From a virus (lineage: Duplodnaviria > Heunggongvirae > Uroviricota > Caudoviricetes), in the IMG/VR virus record IMGVR_UViG_2537561978_000005: DNA of 64,000 bases; one strand, given 5' to 3'. The notes beneath the pieces are model-generated. The model did not search any database, was not told the origin of the DNA, and was given only the letters and a program-made list of their open reading frames with translations. Position numbers and translations under genes: made by a program. Of the stretch, positions 1 to 9,337 are shown piece by piece; position 1 is the stretch's first letter, and each line of letters opens with the position of its first letter.

Positions 1-385
1 ACCCCATCGCCTCGCGAAGGACCTGCAAATAGAAAAACGGGAAGAATCCAGGGTGGTTGTCAACGATTTGGTCATAGTTATTGATTGCATGACCAGACCC
101 AATGTCAAAATTACCTGCGTAATGAGAAAAACTTGTACCATCCTGCCGTGAAAGCAGATCGCGCCCTGTATCCACTTTTCGCCCGTCGTCCCATCCACGG
201 ATAAACTCACCGCGTAAATCGGGAAGACGGAGGGTCGGGTAGACTCTGGCCAGAACAGGATATTGTTCTTTTGTAAAGGTGCGCCCGTCGCACTTTAACC
301 AGCCTGCTGGCGGTGTGGCAGTGGGCCACGGAACAGGTACACCAACGGGCAGCGCCGAGCCTTCCCCCAAACCAACGTTTATCTC
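1..385 (-). CDS. Tail-fibre variable C-terminal segment (alternative copy inside invertible segment); partial, continues past window start
   Basis: Minus-strand frame open from 385 down to 1 with no stop; translation ...GLGEGSALPVGVPVPWPTATPPAGWLKCDGRTFTKEQYPVLARVYPTLRLPDLRGEFIRGWDDGRKVDTGRDLLSRQDG... carries tail-collar motifs; frame begins inside the crossover site; absent from ORF track because it has no in-window ATG. Confidence 0.6.
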
Positions 386-387
386 TC
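362..387. other. Candidate inversion crossover site (cix/gix/hix-like) for the adjacent invertase
   Basis: TTCCCCCAAACC-AA-CGTTTATCTCTC; left half fits the TTnnCnnAAACC half-site pattern of Gin/Hin/Cin sites; 55 bp upstream of invertase start and at the point where the tail-fibre frame opens. Confidence 0.45.
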
Positions 388-441
388 AAATCCTCCCCAC
401 ATTATCTCAGTACTTTAACCACTCAAAAGGGAGTATTTTTA

Positions 442-1014
442 ATGCTGATTGGCTACATACGTGTGTCAACAAATGACCAAAACACAGATTTGCAACGCAA
501 TGCATTAATGTGCGCAGGATGTGAACAGATTTTTGAGGACAAAATGAGCGGAACCAAGTCGGAACGACCAGGCCTGAAACGCGCTTTAAAGTGCCTTAAA
601 AGAGGGGATACATTGGTGGTCTGGAAGCTGGATCGGTTGGGTAGAAGAATGAAACACCTCATTGCTCTCACAGAAGAGTTACGCGCAAAAGGTGTCAATT
701 TTCGCAGTCTGACGGATTCAATCGATACCAGCACTCCGATGGGAAGGTTCTTTTTTCATATGATGGGTGCACTGGCAGAAATGGAGCGTGAACTGATAGT
801 TGAGCGCACGCTGGCAGGACTGGCTGCTGCGCGAGCACAAGGAAGAGTTGGAGGACGTCGCCCGAAACTGACGAAGGAGCAGCATGAGCAGATCGCAAGA
901 TTGCTCCAGAAAGGGTATGACAGAAAGCGGCTGGCAATTATCTATGATATTGGACTGTCAACGATCTACCGCTATCACCCTGTTGGGACTGTCATAACGC
1001 AACCTGAAATGTAA
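442..1014 (+). CDS. cin: Serine recombinase, DNA invertase of the Cin/Gin/Hin/Pin family
   Basis: N-terminus MLIGYIRVSTNDQNTDLQ with catalytic Ser, VVWKLDRLGRR, DSIDTSTPMGRFFFHMMGALAEMERE and C-terminal HTH are near-canonical invertase motifs; RBS AAGGGAG 8 nt before ATG 442. Confidence 0.9.
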   Translation: MLIGYIRVSTNDQNTDLQRNALMCAGCEQIFEDKMSGTKSERPGLKRALKCLKRGDTLVVWKLDRLGRRMKHLIALTEELRAKGVNFRSLTDSIDTSTPMGRFFFHMMGALAEMERELIVERTLAGLAAARAQGRVGGRRPKLTKEQHEQIARLLQKGYDRKRLAIIYDIGLSTIYRYHPVGTVITQPEM

Positions 1015-1230
1015 TTCTTTTTCAAATAATGAAACGCCGCGTGGATGCCATTTATCGCACAAGATAGAGTGCATTTATCGCGCGGCGCATCATCATTTGT
1101 TGATATGCGAATGTATCCAATAAGCATATGTCTCCCTTGTATGCTAAGGATACGATCCTAGAAGATGTCCTGTAAGGAAATAACAAACTGACTAAGTTAG
1201 TGGCGCATTAGATGTTATTTCTGGAGGGGT

Positions 1231-1557
1231 ATGTTTGCAGATTATGAAAATCTGGCTGTAGTAGTCATAACATCCCTACTAAGTGGAACCGGCGTATTCC
1301 TTCTCGGAGTTAGAGACGGGCGCATTTCTGCGTCCCTGCTCAATCTTGCGAGTGAATTGTTTACTGCGGTAACAGCCGGGCTTGCGGGGTATGGGGTGGC
1401 GGTTAGCCAAGAATGGCCTGAAGGTATCATTTTCTGCGTTGTTCTGATTGCCAGTAACAACGGTAGTGAAATTTTACAGGGCTTGAAGTCCAGAGCTAGT
1501 TACGTCTTGAATCTCTTAAGCGTAATAGCGAATGGGGGAAAAGGTGGAGAGAAATAA
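1231..1557 (+). CDS. lydA: Holin-like small membrane protein (LydA-like)
   Basis: 108 aa, three hydrophobic segments plus charged C-terminus; position directly after cin and before a dar-like operon as in P1; assignment by synteny and size only. Confidence 0.5.
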   Translation: MFADYENLAVVVITSLLSGTGVFLLGVRDGRISASLLNLASELFTAVTAGLAGYGVAVSQEWPEGIIFCVVLIASNNGSEILQGLKSRASYVLNLLSVIANGGKGGEK

Positions 1558-2003
1558 TGGGTAACTTTGGAAATTATTTCATTTTTATCATGGCATTTGT
1601 TGCCATCATTGACCGTTTCATTTTTCGTCGCAAGAGTGTTGAGATTTTGAGTATTGGTGACGCTGTAGTGAAAGAATCCGCTATAGCATTTCCTGTTTCG
1701 CTACGTGTTAAGCGAAGCTGGGTCAGCAATGCTCAAATCGAATATTGGTTGCAAGACCTGAAAAATCCATCTGTGGTTATTTCAGGGAAAACGCGACCAG
1801 TTGACGCCTCAAAACGCGGTGAGAGAGAAGAGTATTTGCTCATCGATACGAAATATCTTGAGCCAACGAAGTGGGATCTGAAAGTCACATTGACTAACGG
1901 TAACTGCCGACTGAATCCGCTTTATCGCATTTTCCCTATCAATGACTGCATAGAGCGCCAGTTTACGATCGAAAAGCGTAAAGGAGACTGGGATGTCAAA
2001 TAA
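1557..2003 (+). CDS. lydB: LydB-like protein with N-terminal signal-anchor
   Basis: 148 aa; start overlaps lydA stop (TAATG); hydrophobic N-terminus; synteny-based. Confidence 0.4.
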   Translation: MGNFGNYFIFIMAFVAIIDRFIFRRKSVEILSIGDAVVKESAIAFPVSLRVKRSWVSNAQIEYWLQDLKNPSVVISGKTRPVDASKRGEREEYLLIDTKYLEPTKWDLKVTLTNGNCRLNPLYRIFPINDCIERQFTIEKRKGDWDVK

Positions 2004-2613
2004 GAATAATTATGTTCTTCTTAATTATGATGAGTTAAACGAAAAGGGGCTGGCAAAACTCGTCAAAGAAATCAGCAAAGGTGGTTACAAGATAGCGAGG
2101 GTGATCCCTGCAAGTAATGGCAGGAAGAAAGATGGGATCATGACGCGCACGTTTACCCTTATTGGTATTGATGAACAGACAATGGAAGTTCAGGTTAACG
2201 ATACCGGTGATATATCTGGGATCAAACTGAATGGTAAAACAGTACCGTTCAAGCCAGTAAAAACAATGTCGGCTTTGGGGCAATCTCTTGCGGCTTTATT
2301 TAATCGCGGAGCAACTTCTTTCCAGAAGTCATTAGCTCGAAAACTTGCTCGTGCAGCAAAAAATATTGATGACGGAAATAAGAAGCGGCAGGGAGTTAAA
2401 TCTAACGCTCAGAAATTAGCTGAAGCGAAAGAATCACGTGATGCACTCCGTGAAGATATCGCTAATGCTAACGACAAACTGTCTAAACTCCAGAGCAAGT
2501 CAGACAAAGTAATGCAAGATACGGGTAACGTTAAAGCTGCCTTGTCTCAGGAAGTAGCTAAGACACGTGCTCTTAAAGAAGAAATCGCGCGCCTGGAGGA
2601 TGAGCATGATTAA
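1993..2613 (+). CDS. Hdf-like coiled-coil protein of the dar operon
   Basis: 206 aa, Lys/Ala-rich coiled-coil C-terminus; AGGAG RBS 7 nt upstream; size and position match P1 hdf (recollection). Confidence 0.35.
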   Translation: MSNKNNYVLLNYDELNEKGLAKLVKEISKGGYKIARVIPASNGRKKDGIMTRTFTLIGIDEQTMEVQVNDTGDISGIKLNGKTVPFKPVKTMSALGQSLAALFNRGATSFQKSLARKLARAAKNIDDGNKKRQGVKSNAQKLAEAKESRDALREDIANANDKLSKLQSKSDKVMQDTGNVKAALSQEVAKTRALKEEIARLEDEHD

Positions 2614-4531
2614 CAATCCTTTACGAATTAATATTCAGTCTACTTTTGCTGATACGATCCCCGGCTATGTGCCAAGTCGCTGGTCTTCAGAAGAATTAAG
2701 CGAAGATGACCTGATTTTTGAGGCGGCGACCTTAGAAGATATTGAGCTTGCCTATATGGGCAATGAAATTCTGGTTGTGTCTGACGAAGCTATGTTTGAG
2801 TCCATAACTACAACCAGAATTCGGTTAGCTCAAACAATGCGAGCTTTCGTCCGTGCGCTGAATCGTGGCCTGAATGGTACGAATATTATGGCAGGGACTG
2901 ATGAAGCCGGGACCGATGAAAATGGACGTAATTGTATTGGTGGTGCGATTATCGGTCGTGTACGTCGGGTAGCTAATATCCCTGTTTTGACCGCGCAGAT
3001 ACCGCTTACTGACGGGCAGAGTACAAGCATAATTTTCCACTCTCCAACAGCTGACGGGGCAAAAATAAAGAGTAACGACGAGCTTGTTGCATTTCAGTTT
3101 TTACTTAATAAGCGTAACGTAACTCACGTTGTCGCCCCGATTGGTGGGAGAGATGTTTCTTTAAGCCAGGTATGCCAGGCGCTATCTAATTTGATTGAGC
3201 GTAACAGCGAAAAATTTAAGAAAGCAAAAGAGCGCCAGGACAAAATGAAGGCAGATATTGAGAGTTATCTCAATGAAGCAGATAAACTGGCAGAAGAACG
3301 GTCAATAATGATTGATCAGGTGGACGTTGCGCAACGTGGGCTGACTGAAAAGCGTGCTGCTCTTACGGAGATGCAAAAAAAACTTGATGCCCAGAAAGCC
3401 ATCAACGAGGAATTACAAGAAAAACGCGATAAATTGTTGTCTGCTAAAGGTGAAAAAACGAAGGAACGAGCGTTTAGTGACCAGCTGCGACATGTAAAAC
3501 ATAATCTTGCCATTGACGGAAAAACAGTGCTGGATAATGGCGCTGAAGTTAATTATATCACGTCCGGCAGTGACAATTTCGTTACGATAGTAGCACCTGA
3601 AGGTAAATTCAGTATTGATGCCAGTGCTGTCAAAGGAGGCAGTTTGGCAGATGCTGCAACCAAATTACTTAAAGCCTACCGAGAGCATAACGCAGATAAA
3701 TATAAAGTTGATGTGTTACCAGGCCAGCAGGAAGACCCCGAACCACCACAGACAGACCCCGAGACGAACCCAGTATCACAACCAGAGAGCCAGGATGTAG
3801 GTAAATACCACTATGCACTTCAATCTCGCCCGGCTGGTGTTGGTGCTGTGCCGGATGGAAATAAAGCCGTGCTTGATCGTCCTGACCAGGCTGATCAGTA
3901 TTACGAATATGCTCGTCACGGTATCATTACGTATGACCGTAAACTGACAGATGAAGAAGTCAGCCAGTACGAGTTGCTCTATCTTCCTGATGAAGATGAG
4001 CTGAAAGATTTTGCAGGCCAATTGGTTGTGTCCAGCATGTCGAAACATATTGATGGCTATGTAGACCTGTTTGGCAGTGACCTGAAAACATTCAAGGCGC
4101 AAGTGAAAATTCTTTTCCGCAAAGCGTTTCCAAACGTGGCGTATCCACTTGGTGATGGGGAGAACCTTTTCATTATGGACGTGTATAACGCCCTTCAAAA
4201 TCATTCAAGCGAAGTAAAAACAGAGCATGTGGTTGAGCCGGAATCACAACCACAACCAGCACCAGAACAGGAGCCGGAGCCAGAAGAAGCTGGTGAATCA
4301 GCAAGTGAAGCTGATCAGGAGGCAGATAAAGCACTGGAGTACCTGAAATCCGTGCCGGAGCAGTTTACATCCCGCGATCTGACGGTCATCAGTGCTGAAC
4401 TTGATCATGTGCAGGAAGCAGCAAACGCTCTAATCAGCGCAGGTCGATACGACGAGAACGAAGCCACTGTTGGTGCAGCAGTTGACTACCTGATCAACAT
4501 TCTGGCTGAAATTCAGCAGGGAGGTGCTTAA
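2606..4531 (+). CDS. darA: DarA-like capsid-internal antirestriction protein
   Basis: 641 aa with acidic Pro/Glu-rich linkers; GGAGG 6 nt before ATG 2606 (track start 2567 is an upstream in-frame extension); size and operon position match P1 DarA. Confidence 0.5.
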   Translation: MINNPLRINIQSTFADTIPGYVPSRWSSEELSEDDLIFEAATLEDIELAYMGNEILVVSDEAMFESITTTRIRLAQTMRAFVRALNRGLNGTNIMAGTDEAGTDENGRNCIGGAIIGRVRRVANIPVLTAQIPLTDGQSTSIIFHSPTADGAKIKSNDELVAFQFLLNKRNVTHVVAPIGGRDVSLSQVCQALSNLIERNSEKFKKAKERQDKMKADIESYLNEADKLAEERSIMIDQVDVAQRGLTEKRAALTEMQKKLDAQKAINEELQEKRDKLLSAKGEKTKERAFSDQLRHVKHNLAIDGKTVLDNGAEVNYITSGSDNFVTIVAPEGKFSIDASAVKGGSLADAATKLLKAYREHNADKYKVDVLPGQQEDPEPPQTDPETNPVSQPESQDVGKYHYALQSRPAGVGAVPDGNKAVLDRPDQADQYYEYARHGIITYDRKLTDEEVSQYELLYLPDEDELKDFAGQLVVSSMSKHIDGYVDLFGSDLKTFKAQVKILFRKAFPNVAYPLGDGENLFIMDVYNALQNHSSEVKTEHVVEPESQPQPAPEQEPEPEEAGESASEADQEADKALEYLKSVPEQFTSRDLTVISAELDHVQEAANALISAGRYDENEATVGAAVDYLINILAEIQQGGA

Positions 4532-4899
4532 TGACCATCTCTGTTTTAGACCGCCTGAAATTAGGTAAAGAGCTATCAGATCTAATGCAGGCGCAGAAAA
4601 CGGCGCCAGTATTGCAACGCGTCACCATTGGTAAGCAGATTGTTGATGTGATGCTGAAATTGGGCTTGGGGACTGCCGCGCAACCGGCAGCGGAACCGCA
4701 ACAACAGACTGATCCTGTTGTAGATGAAGTTCCTAAGATAGTGACTGACTTCCTGGGCGGTGTGTTCACAAAGTCCACACAAATGGAATTTATTGATGCG
4801 CTGCGTGGGATCTCAAACTATGTTGGCGAGTTCCTTACGTTGGAACAGGCAAAAGAGCAGACCATAAGCTGGGTGAAAGCCAACGGTTATGCAGGGTAA
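4531..4899 (+). CDS. DdrA-like small protein
   Basis: 122 aa, start overlaps darA stop (TAATG); synteny. Confidence 0.35.
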   Translation: MTISVLDRLKLGKELSDLMQAQKTAPVLQRVTIGKQIVDVMLKLGLGTAAQPAAEPQQQTDPVVDEVPKIVTDFLGGVFTKSTQMEFIDALRGISNYVGEFLTLEQAKEQTISWVKANGYAG

Positions 4900-4904
4900 T
4901 CAAA

Positions 4905-4930
4905 GGGGCTGAAATGCCCCTTTCACTTTC
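4905..4930 (+). terminator. Rho-independent terminator-like hairpin
   Basis: GGGGC-tgaaat-GCCCC followed by TTTCACTTT. Confidence 0.45.
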
Positions 4931-4992
4931 CTGTAAGTCCATAAATCACACACTTTTTACACTTCCTGCTTTCTATGTAAGGGGAGTGTATT

Positions 4993-6378
4993 TTGAACAA
5001 ATCAGTTACTTCTGCGCTTTCCGAGGCCGCAGATATTAACAGCGTCATTGCTCTGGTTTCTTCATTAGAGAGGAAAGAAACACGCCTGGGGCGAAGTAGC
5101 TACGTAGTCACCAGCAAAGGTGCAGAGGTAAAGACGGCTTTTAAGGTCGTTGATGCCAGCAGTCTGATCATTTCGAACAACCTTGACGGTATGATTAACC
5201 CGGCCTTCCCGGAAGAACTCCAACCACGAGATCGTACCCGGCTATCCAGCAAACTCCAGGTTAACCGTATTGCCTCCAATTTACGCCCGGCACAATTAAC
5301 GGATTCCGGTATGAGCAGCCACGGAGCGCCGATAGTTGGTCCGGACAACGTTGTTGAATCCGGCAACGGAAGGAGTATGGGTATCTGGCGTGCCTATGAG
5401 CAAGGACAGGCGGATGAGTATCGCCAGTACCTGATCGACCATGCGAAAGAGTTTGGTCTGAATCCTGACGAAATTTCGCAAATGTCTATGCCCGTACTAG
5501 TGCGAGAAAGACTCACAGATGTAGACCGCGCTCAATTTGCCCGCGATTCAAACATTAGCGATCTGCAAGAGATGGCAGCAAGTGAAAAAGCGTATGCGGA
5601 TGCGCAATTTCTCACTGAGAGCGTCATGGCGCTATTTAATCCTTCAGATGATGGAAATCTGCTGGCGCGGTCCAATGATGCGTTTATTCGTGCGTTTTTG
5701 CGCGAAATTGGCGATACAGCGACGGCAGGCTTGCTTACTGCCGATGGGCGTCCCACGAAACAGCTTATCGATCGCATCCAGAATGCAATTTTTGCCAAAG
5801 CGTACAAGGATGAAAGGCTTGTTCGGCTAGTGTCGGAAGAGCCAGATCCGGAAATGCGTAATATCCTGACCGCATTAAATACGGCAGCCAGCGATTTTGC
5901 GCAAATGCAGTCGCTGTCTGGCGACGCTCACCATGACGCAGTAACAGGCTTAGTGGACGGTATAGAGCAGGTTAATGGCCTGGATAAACAGGCTATTGCA
6001 GCGCTACAGGAAGCAATTAACCTTGTTCGTGAAGCAAAAGATAACGGTCAGGCAGTAGAAGAGGTGATCGCACAGCGTGGATTGTTTGGAGATAGCACTC
6101 CGGAAGCAGAAGCGCTTGCTCTGTTTATTGTTGCCAACAACCGAAGCGCTAAGCGAATGGGGGCCGCTTTCAAGAAACTGGCGCAAAAAATTAACGATGA
6201 ACTTATTCACCAACAACAAGCGTTAGGCGATATGTTCGGCGGCGGAGATGTCGATCTGCGTAGCATTTTATCTGCCGTTTCTGATGAAATTGAGGGTGAA
6301 TTTGGCGAAGGGAAAGGTCTGAACTTTGCTATGTTTGAAAATTCTACAGTTCTAAATAATTGCAGTATGGAAAACTAA
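4993..6378 (+). CDS. DdrB-like protein, first of two ORFs covering the ddrB position
   Basis: 461 aa, TTG start with AAGGGGA RBS; followed after a 64-nt gap by a second ORF; together they occupy about 3.1 kb. Confidence 0.4.
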   Translation: MNKSVTSALSEAADINSVIALVSSLERKETRLGRSSYVVTSKGAEVKTAFKVVDASSLIISNNLDGMINPAFPEELQPRDRTRLSSKLQVNRIASNLRPAQLTDSGMSSHGAPIVGPDNVVESGNGRSMGIWRAYEQGQADEYRQYLIDHAKEFGLNPDEISQMSMPVLVRERLTDVDRAQFARDSNISDLQEMAASEKAYADAQFLTESVMALFNPSDDGNLLARSNDAFIRAFLREIGDTATAGLLTADGRPTKQLIDRIQNAIFAKAYKDERLVRLVSEEPDPEMRNILTALNTAASDFAQMQSLSGDAHHDAVTGLVDGIEQVNGLDKQAIAALQEAINLVREAKDNGQAVEEVIAQRGLFGDSTPEAEALALFIVANNRSAKRMGAAFKKLAQKINDELIHQQQALGDMFGGGDVDLRSILSAVSDEIEGEFGEGKGLNFAMFENSTVLNNCSMEN

Positions 6379-6442
6379 GCCAACCGCTGAAATCACATAC
6401 TGATTATGCTGCCGCAAAACTGGAAACAATTTGCGGTGATTC

Positions 6443-8125
6443 ATGGCAACGAAAGACAAAAACAAAGGCTTTCTGTCAGCATTGAAGAAAGCCTTCAACG
6501 GTGGTGATGTTACGCCCGCCGATCCGGTCGTTTTTACGAGCGGGCATAGTGTCGTTGCTCGTTCCGGCCTGTCTGCTTTACGTCCAGGTATACTGGGGAG
6601 CAACAGCGATGGCATGACGAGTGCAGCAGATTCAATTTCTTTATCCGCTGAACTGCCCGGCGAGCGCCTGCAAAAGTACAACATCCTGGAAACGATGGCT
6701 AAAAGCCCGACTATCTCGACGGCTTTAAACATTCACATTGCACATGCGCTTGCGCCTTCAAAAAAAACCGGACAAGCATTCATCCTTTCGCCAAAGGATG
6801 GTTCCGATGCTGAGGCAGTAAGTAGATGTGAAGAGTTAACCGCTGATTTGGGGGCGATGATTAATGACGGACTTCCTTCATGGGCCATGATTATGGCTAT
6901 CTTTGGGGTGTCTTATGTCCGACCTTATGCTGAACAGGGCAGGGGGATAACAGGCATTGAGTCCAGTTATTACACTCTGCCACACTTCGTCCAGGAGTTT
7001 TATCGTGGTAGCCAGCTGGTAGGTTTCAGTGGTGATTACATTCTGGATACGCATAGTTTGCGCAGAGTAATAACCGAACCGTGGAATCTGGTTTCCATGA
7101 AAAATCCCTATTGGACGCCACAGCATAAAGTTATTCCGGTTAGCTACGGCACAAAAGGGTACTCACTGTTAAGTGATCAGGCTGATAAGCCGTTAATGGA
7201 GACGCAGAATTACGGAACTTCATTCCTGGAATACAGCTATGAACCTTACCTTAATTTATGTGCTTCGCTCGCCGCGCTGAAATCAACGCGAAATAATGCA
7301 GCCAAAATTGACCGCCTGATTGCTCTTACGACGAACACACTGGACCCGGTTAATGCGGCGAACTATACGCGTGGCGTCAGCCAGGCATTGAAGCGTCATA
7401 GTGACCTGGTGGCGCAAAGGTCGATTAATGCCAACGCTATTCCGACTGTGCTTAACCATCTGATACCTGTTATGGGAGACGGGAAGAACGGCATCACCAT
7501 TGATACGCAATCCATACCCGCAGATATCAGTGGTATCGAAGACGTTATGTTTCACCTCCGGCAGCTTGCTGCAAGCCTCGGCATTGACGCAACAATGCTT
7601 GGCTGGGCTGATCAGATGAGCGGAGGGCTTGGAGAAGGCGGCTGGCAGCAAACTGCTATCCAGGCTGCATTGCGTGCGAACTGGATCAGACAGGCCGCCC
7701 AGCGAACTATTTATCGGCTTCTGGACATTCACCTCGCTTATAAATACGGCAAGGTTTACACCGAAACAAACCGCCCTTATGACGTGCAATTCAACTCAAT
7801 GAACACTGCTATCCAGGAAGAGGAAAACCGAGAACTGGATGCACGCGCCAACTTTGTTGCTGTCATCTCCCAAATTATGGACCAGATCCAGAACAACCCG
7901 AAACTGGCTGGTAGCGACGCGTTTATGCGTTATCTGTTCACTGAGCAGTTGCACATCGACGATGACACTCTCAACACCATGATCAAAGAGTTTAAGGCGA
8001 ATGAATCAGAGCAAAACAACGAGCATGGTATGTACGAATCCGCGCCGTTGTCGTCCGGTGACGATCCGGAAAACTGGACGCCAGAACAGTTAATAAACTT
8101 TGCAAAATTTGTGATGAGCAATTAA
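6443..8125 (+). CDS. DdrB-like protein, second ORF
   Basis: 560 aa; ATG 6443 preceded by weak GGTGA; separated from the upstream ORF by a stop and a CCGCAAA...TTTGCGG stem-loop. Confidence 0.4.
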   Translation: MATKDKNKGFLSALKKAFNGGDVTPADPVVFTSGHSVVARSGLSALRPGILGSNSDGMTSAADSISLSAELPGERLQKYNILETMAKSPTISTALNIHIAHALAPSKKTGQAFILSPKDGSDAEAVSRCEELTADLGAMINDGLPSWAMIMAIFGVSYVRPYAEQGRGITGIESSYYTLPHFVQEFYRGSQLVGFSGDYILDTHSLRRVITEPWNLVSMKNPYWTPQHKVIPVSYGTKGYSLLSDQADKPLMETQNYGTSFLEYSYEPYLNLCASLAALKSTRNNAAKIDRLIALTTNTLDPVNAANYTRGVSQALKRHSDLVAQRSINANAIPTVLNHLIPVMGDGKNGITIDTQSIPADISGIEDVMFHLRQLAASLGIDATMLGWADQMSGGLGEGGWQQTAIQAALRANWIRQAAQRTIYRLLDIHLAYKYGKVYTETNRPYDVQFNSMNTAIQEEENRELDARANFVAVISQIMDQIQNNPKLAGSDAFMRYLFTEQLHIDDDTLNTMIKEFKANESEQNNEHGMYESAPLSSGDDPENWTPEQLINFAKFVMSN

Positions 8126-8138
8126 CCGGAGGGAAATA

Positions 8139-9137
8139 ATGCAATCACTGAATACTGTTACGGATCGCTTCTCCCTGGTAGAGAAAATCCGCAAACACAC
8201 ACCGCAGAACAACCGAAATTACGTCATTCAGTCGGTACGAGACACATTCAACTCGCCAGAAACAAAAGAGCGTATCGCGCTGGGTGAGATGTATGGTTAT
8301 TACGGTCATGGTCGCCGGGCGATGCACTATAACAAAACGAAAAGCCTGAACTTGCCGGAAGTCTCTGTTGTGATGGTAGATGGGAAGCCTGTTGTATTGG
8401 AGAACGTGCCGTCAAACAGGACTATCGACATTTCGATTGACGACAACGGCATTGTTACTCATACGCAGGAAATACTGGATACAGACACCGGGCGTATTGT
8501 TCAGGGCATGATTAATTCTGGTGCTGGTGGTTGGTCGTGGGCTACATCTGGTCCAGATTCATCGGTATCCCTGGTAAAGTCTTTCCACGGCTTTGATTAC
8601 GTAACTGTGCCTAACTATATCAGCCTCGACAAGAAAAGCCTGATGCTTGAATCAGCAGAAGAGCGCGATGCGGCTATTCATGCAGCACTTATCGAACAAG
8701 GTTTTACCGATAACGCTGCTACGGATCTGGTTCACCACTTTTCAGCAATGAAAAATCAGCAAGCCATGCTCGAATCTGCACATCGTGAAGCCCTGGAATC
8801 AGAATTGATGCTCCTTGAAGTGGAAAACATACAGCTTCGAGATAAGCTGCGCGCTCAAACAGCGATGATGGAAAGCCAGGGGGAAAATGCAAAGCAATAC
8901 CGCCGGATTTTGCGTGAAGCTATCCAGGAAATGCCTGTTTTTATCAGCGCAGAACAGCGCCGGGCGCTCTGCCGTATGCAGTCTGAAGATGATGCCCGCA
9001 TAGTGGCTGCGATGCTTGAATCTCTTGGGGCAAATGCTACTTATGGCTTACCGGTATCAGGCAAGAAAGAACCAGAGTTATCACCGAAGGAGAACAAAAA
9101 CACTACCCCGTTACTCTTCGTTTCCAGAAGGGGGTAA
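8139..9137 (+). CDS. Hypothetical protein with coiled-coil C-terminal half
   Basis: 332 aa ORF, strong RBS CCGGAGGG before ATG. Confidence 0.6.
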   Translation: MQSLNTVTDRFSLVEKIRKHTPQNNRNYVIQSVRDTFNSPETKERIALGEMYGYYGHGRRAMHYNKTKSLNLPEVSVVMVDGKPVVLENVPSNRTIDISIDDNGIVTHTQEILDTDTGRIVQGMINSGAGGWSWATSGPDSSVSLVKSFHGFDYVTVPNYISLDKKSLMLESAEERDAAIHAALIEQGFTDNAATDLVHHFSAMKNQQAMLESAHREALESELMLLEVENIQLRDKLRAQTAMMESQGENAKQYRRILREAIQEMPVFISAEQRRALCRMQSEDDARIVAAMLESLGANATYGLPVSGKKEPELSPKENKNTTPLLFVSRRG

Positions 9138-9151
9138 TCGCCTTGTTAAGT

Positions 9152-9168
9152 TAAATTTCTAACATAGT
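9152..9168 (-). promoter_or_regulatory. Operator-like motif (TGTTAGAAA family)
   Basis: TTTCTAACA at 9156-9164, between terminator-flanked genes and upstream of the 9338 gene. Confidence 0.4.
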
Positions 9169-9253
9169 GTATTTATATACACTGTTGATCCTGGTGGATG
9201 GGATCGAGTAGGATCGCGGTCACTGCTCCGGTAGCGACTGCCAAAAAAGCAAA

Positions 9254-9276
9254 AGCCGCTTCTCAGCGGCTTTTTG
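9254..9276 (+). terminator. Rho-independent terminator
   Basis: AGCCGCT-tctc-AGCGGCT followed by TTTT. Confidence 0.6.
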
Positions 9277-9337
9277 GGTGTATAAATCCACTGCCATAGA
9301 TTTATACGGTAGATAGATTTTTTCACGGAACTATCTG

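Noticed and set aside
453-937. Minus-strand ORFs 453..734 and 695..937 inside the invertase gene
   Set aside because: Antisense to a well-supported, motif-rich invertase CDS; no RBS; typical shadow ORFs.
2567-2605. Upstream extension of darA-like ORF (track start 2567)
   Set aside because: GGAGG sits at 2595-2599, giving proper spacing only for the ATG at 2606; the extension overlaps the upstream gene.
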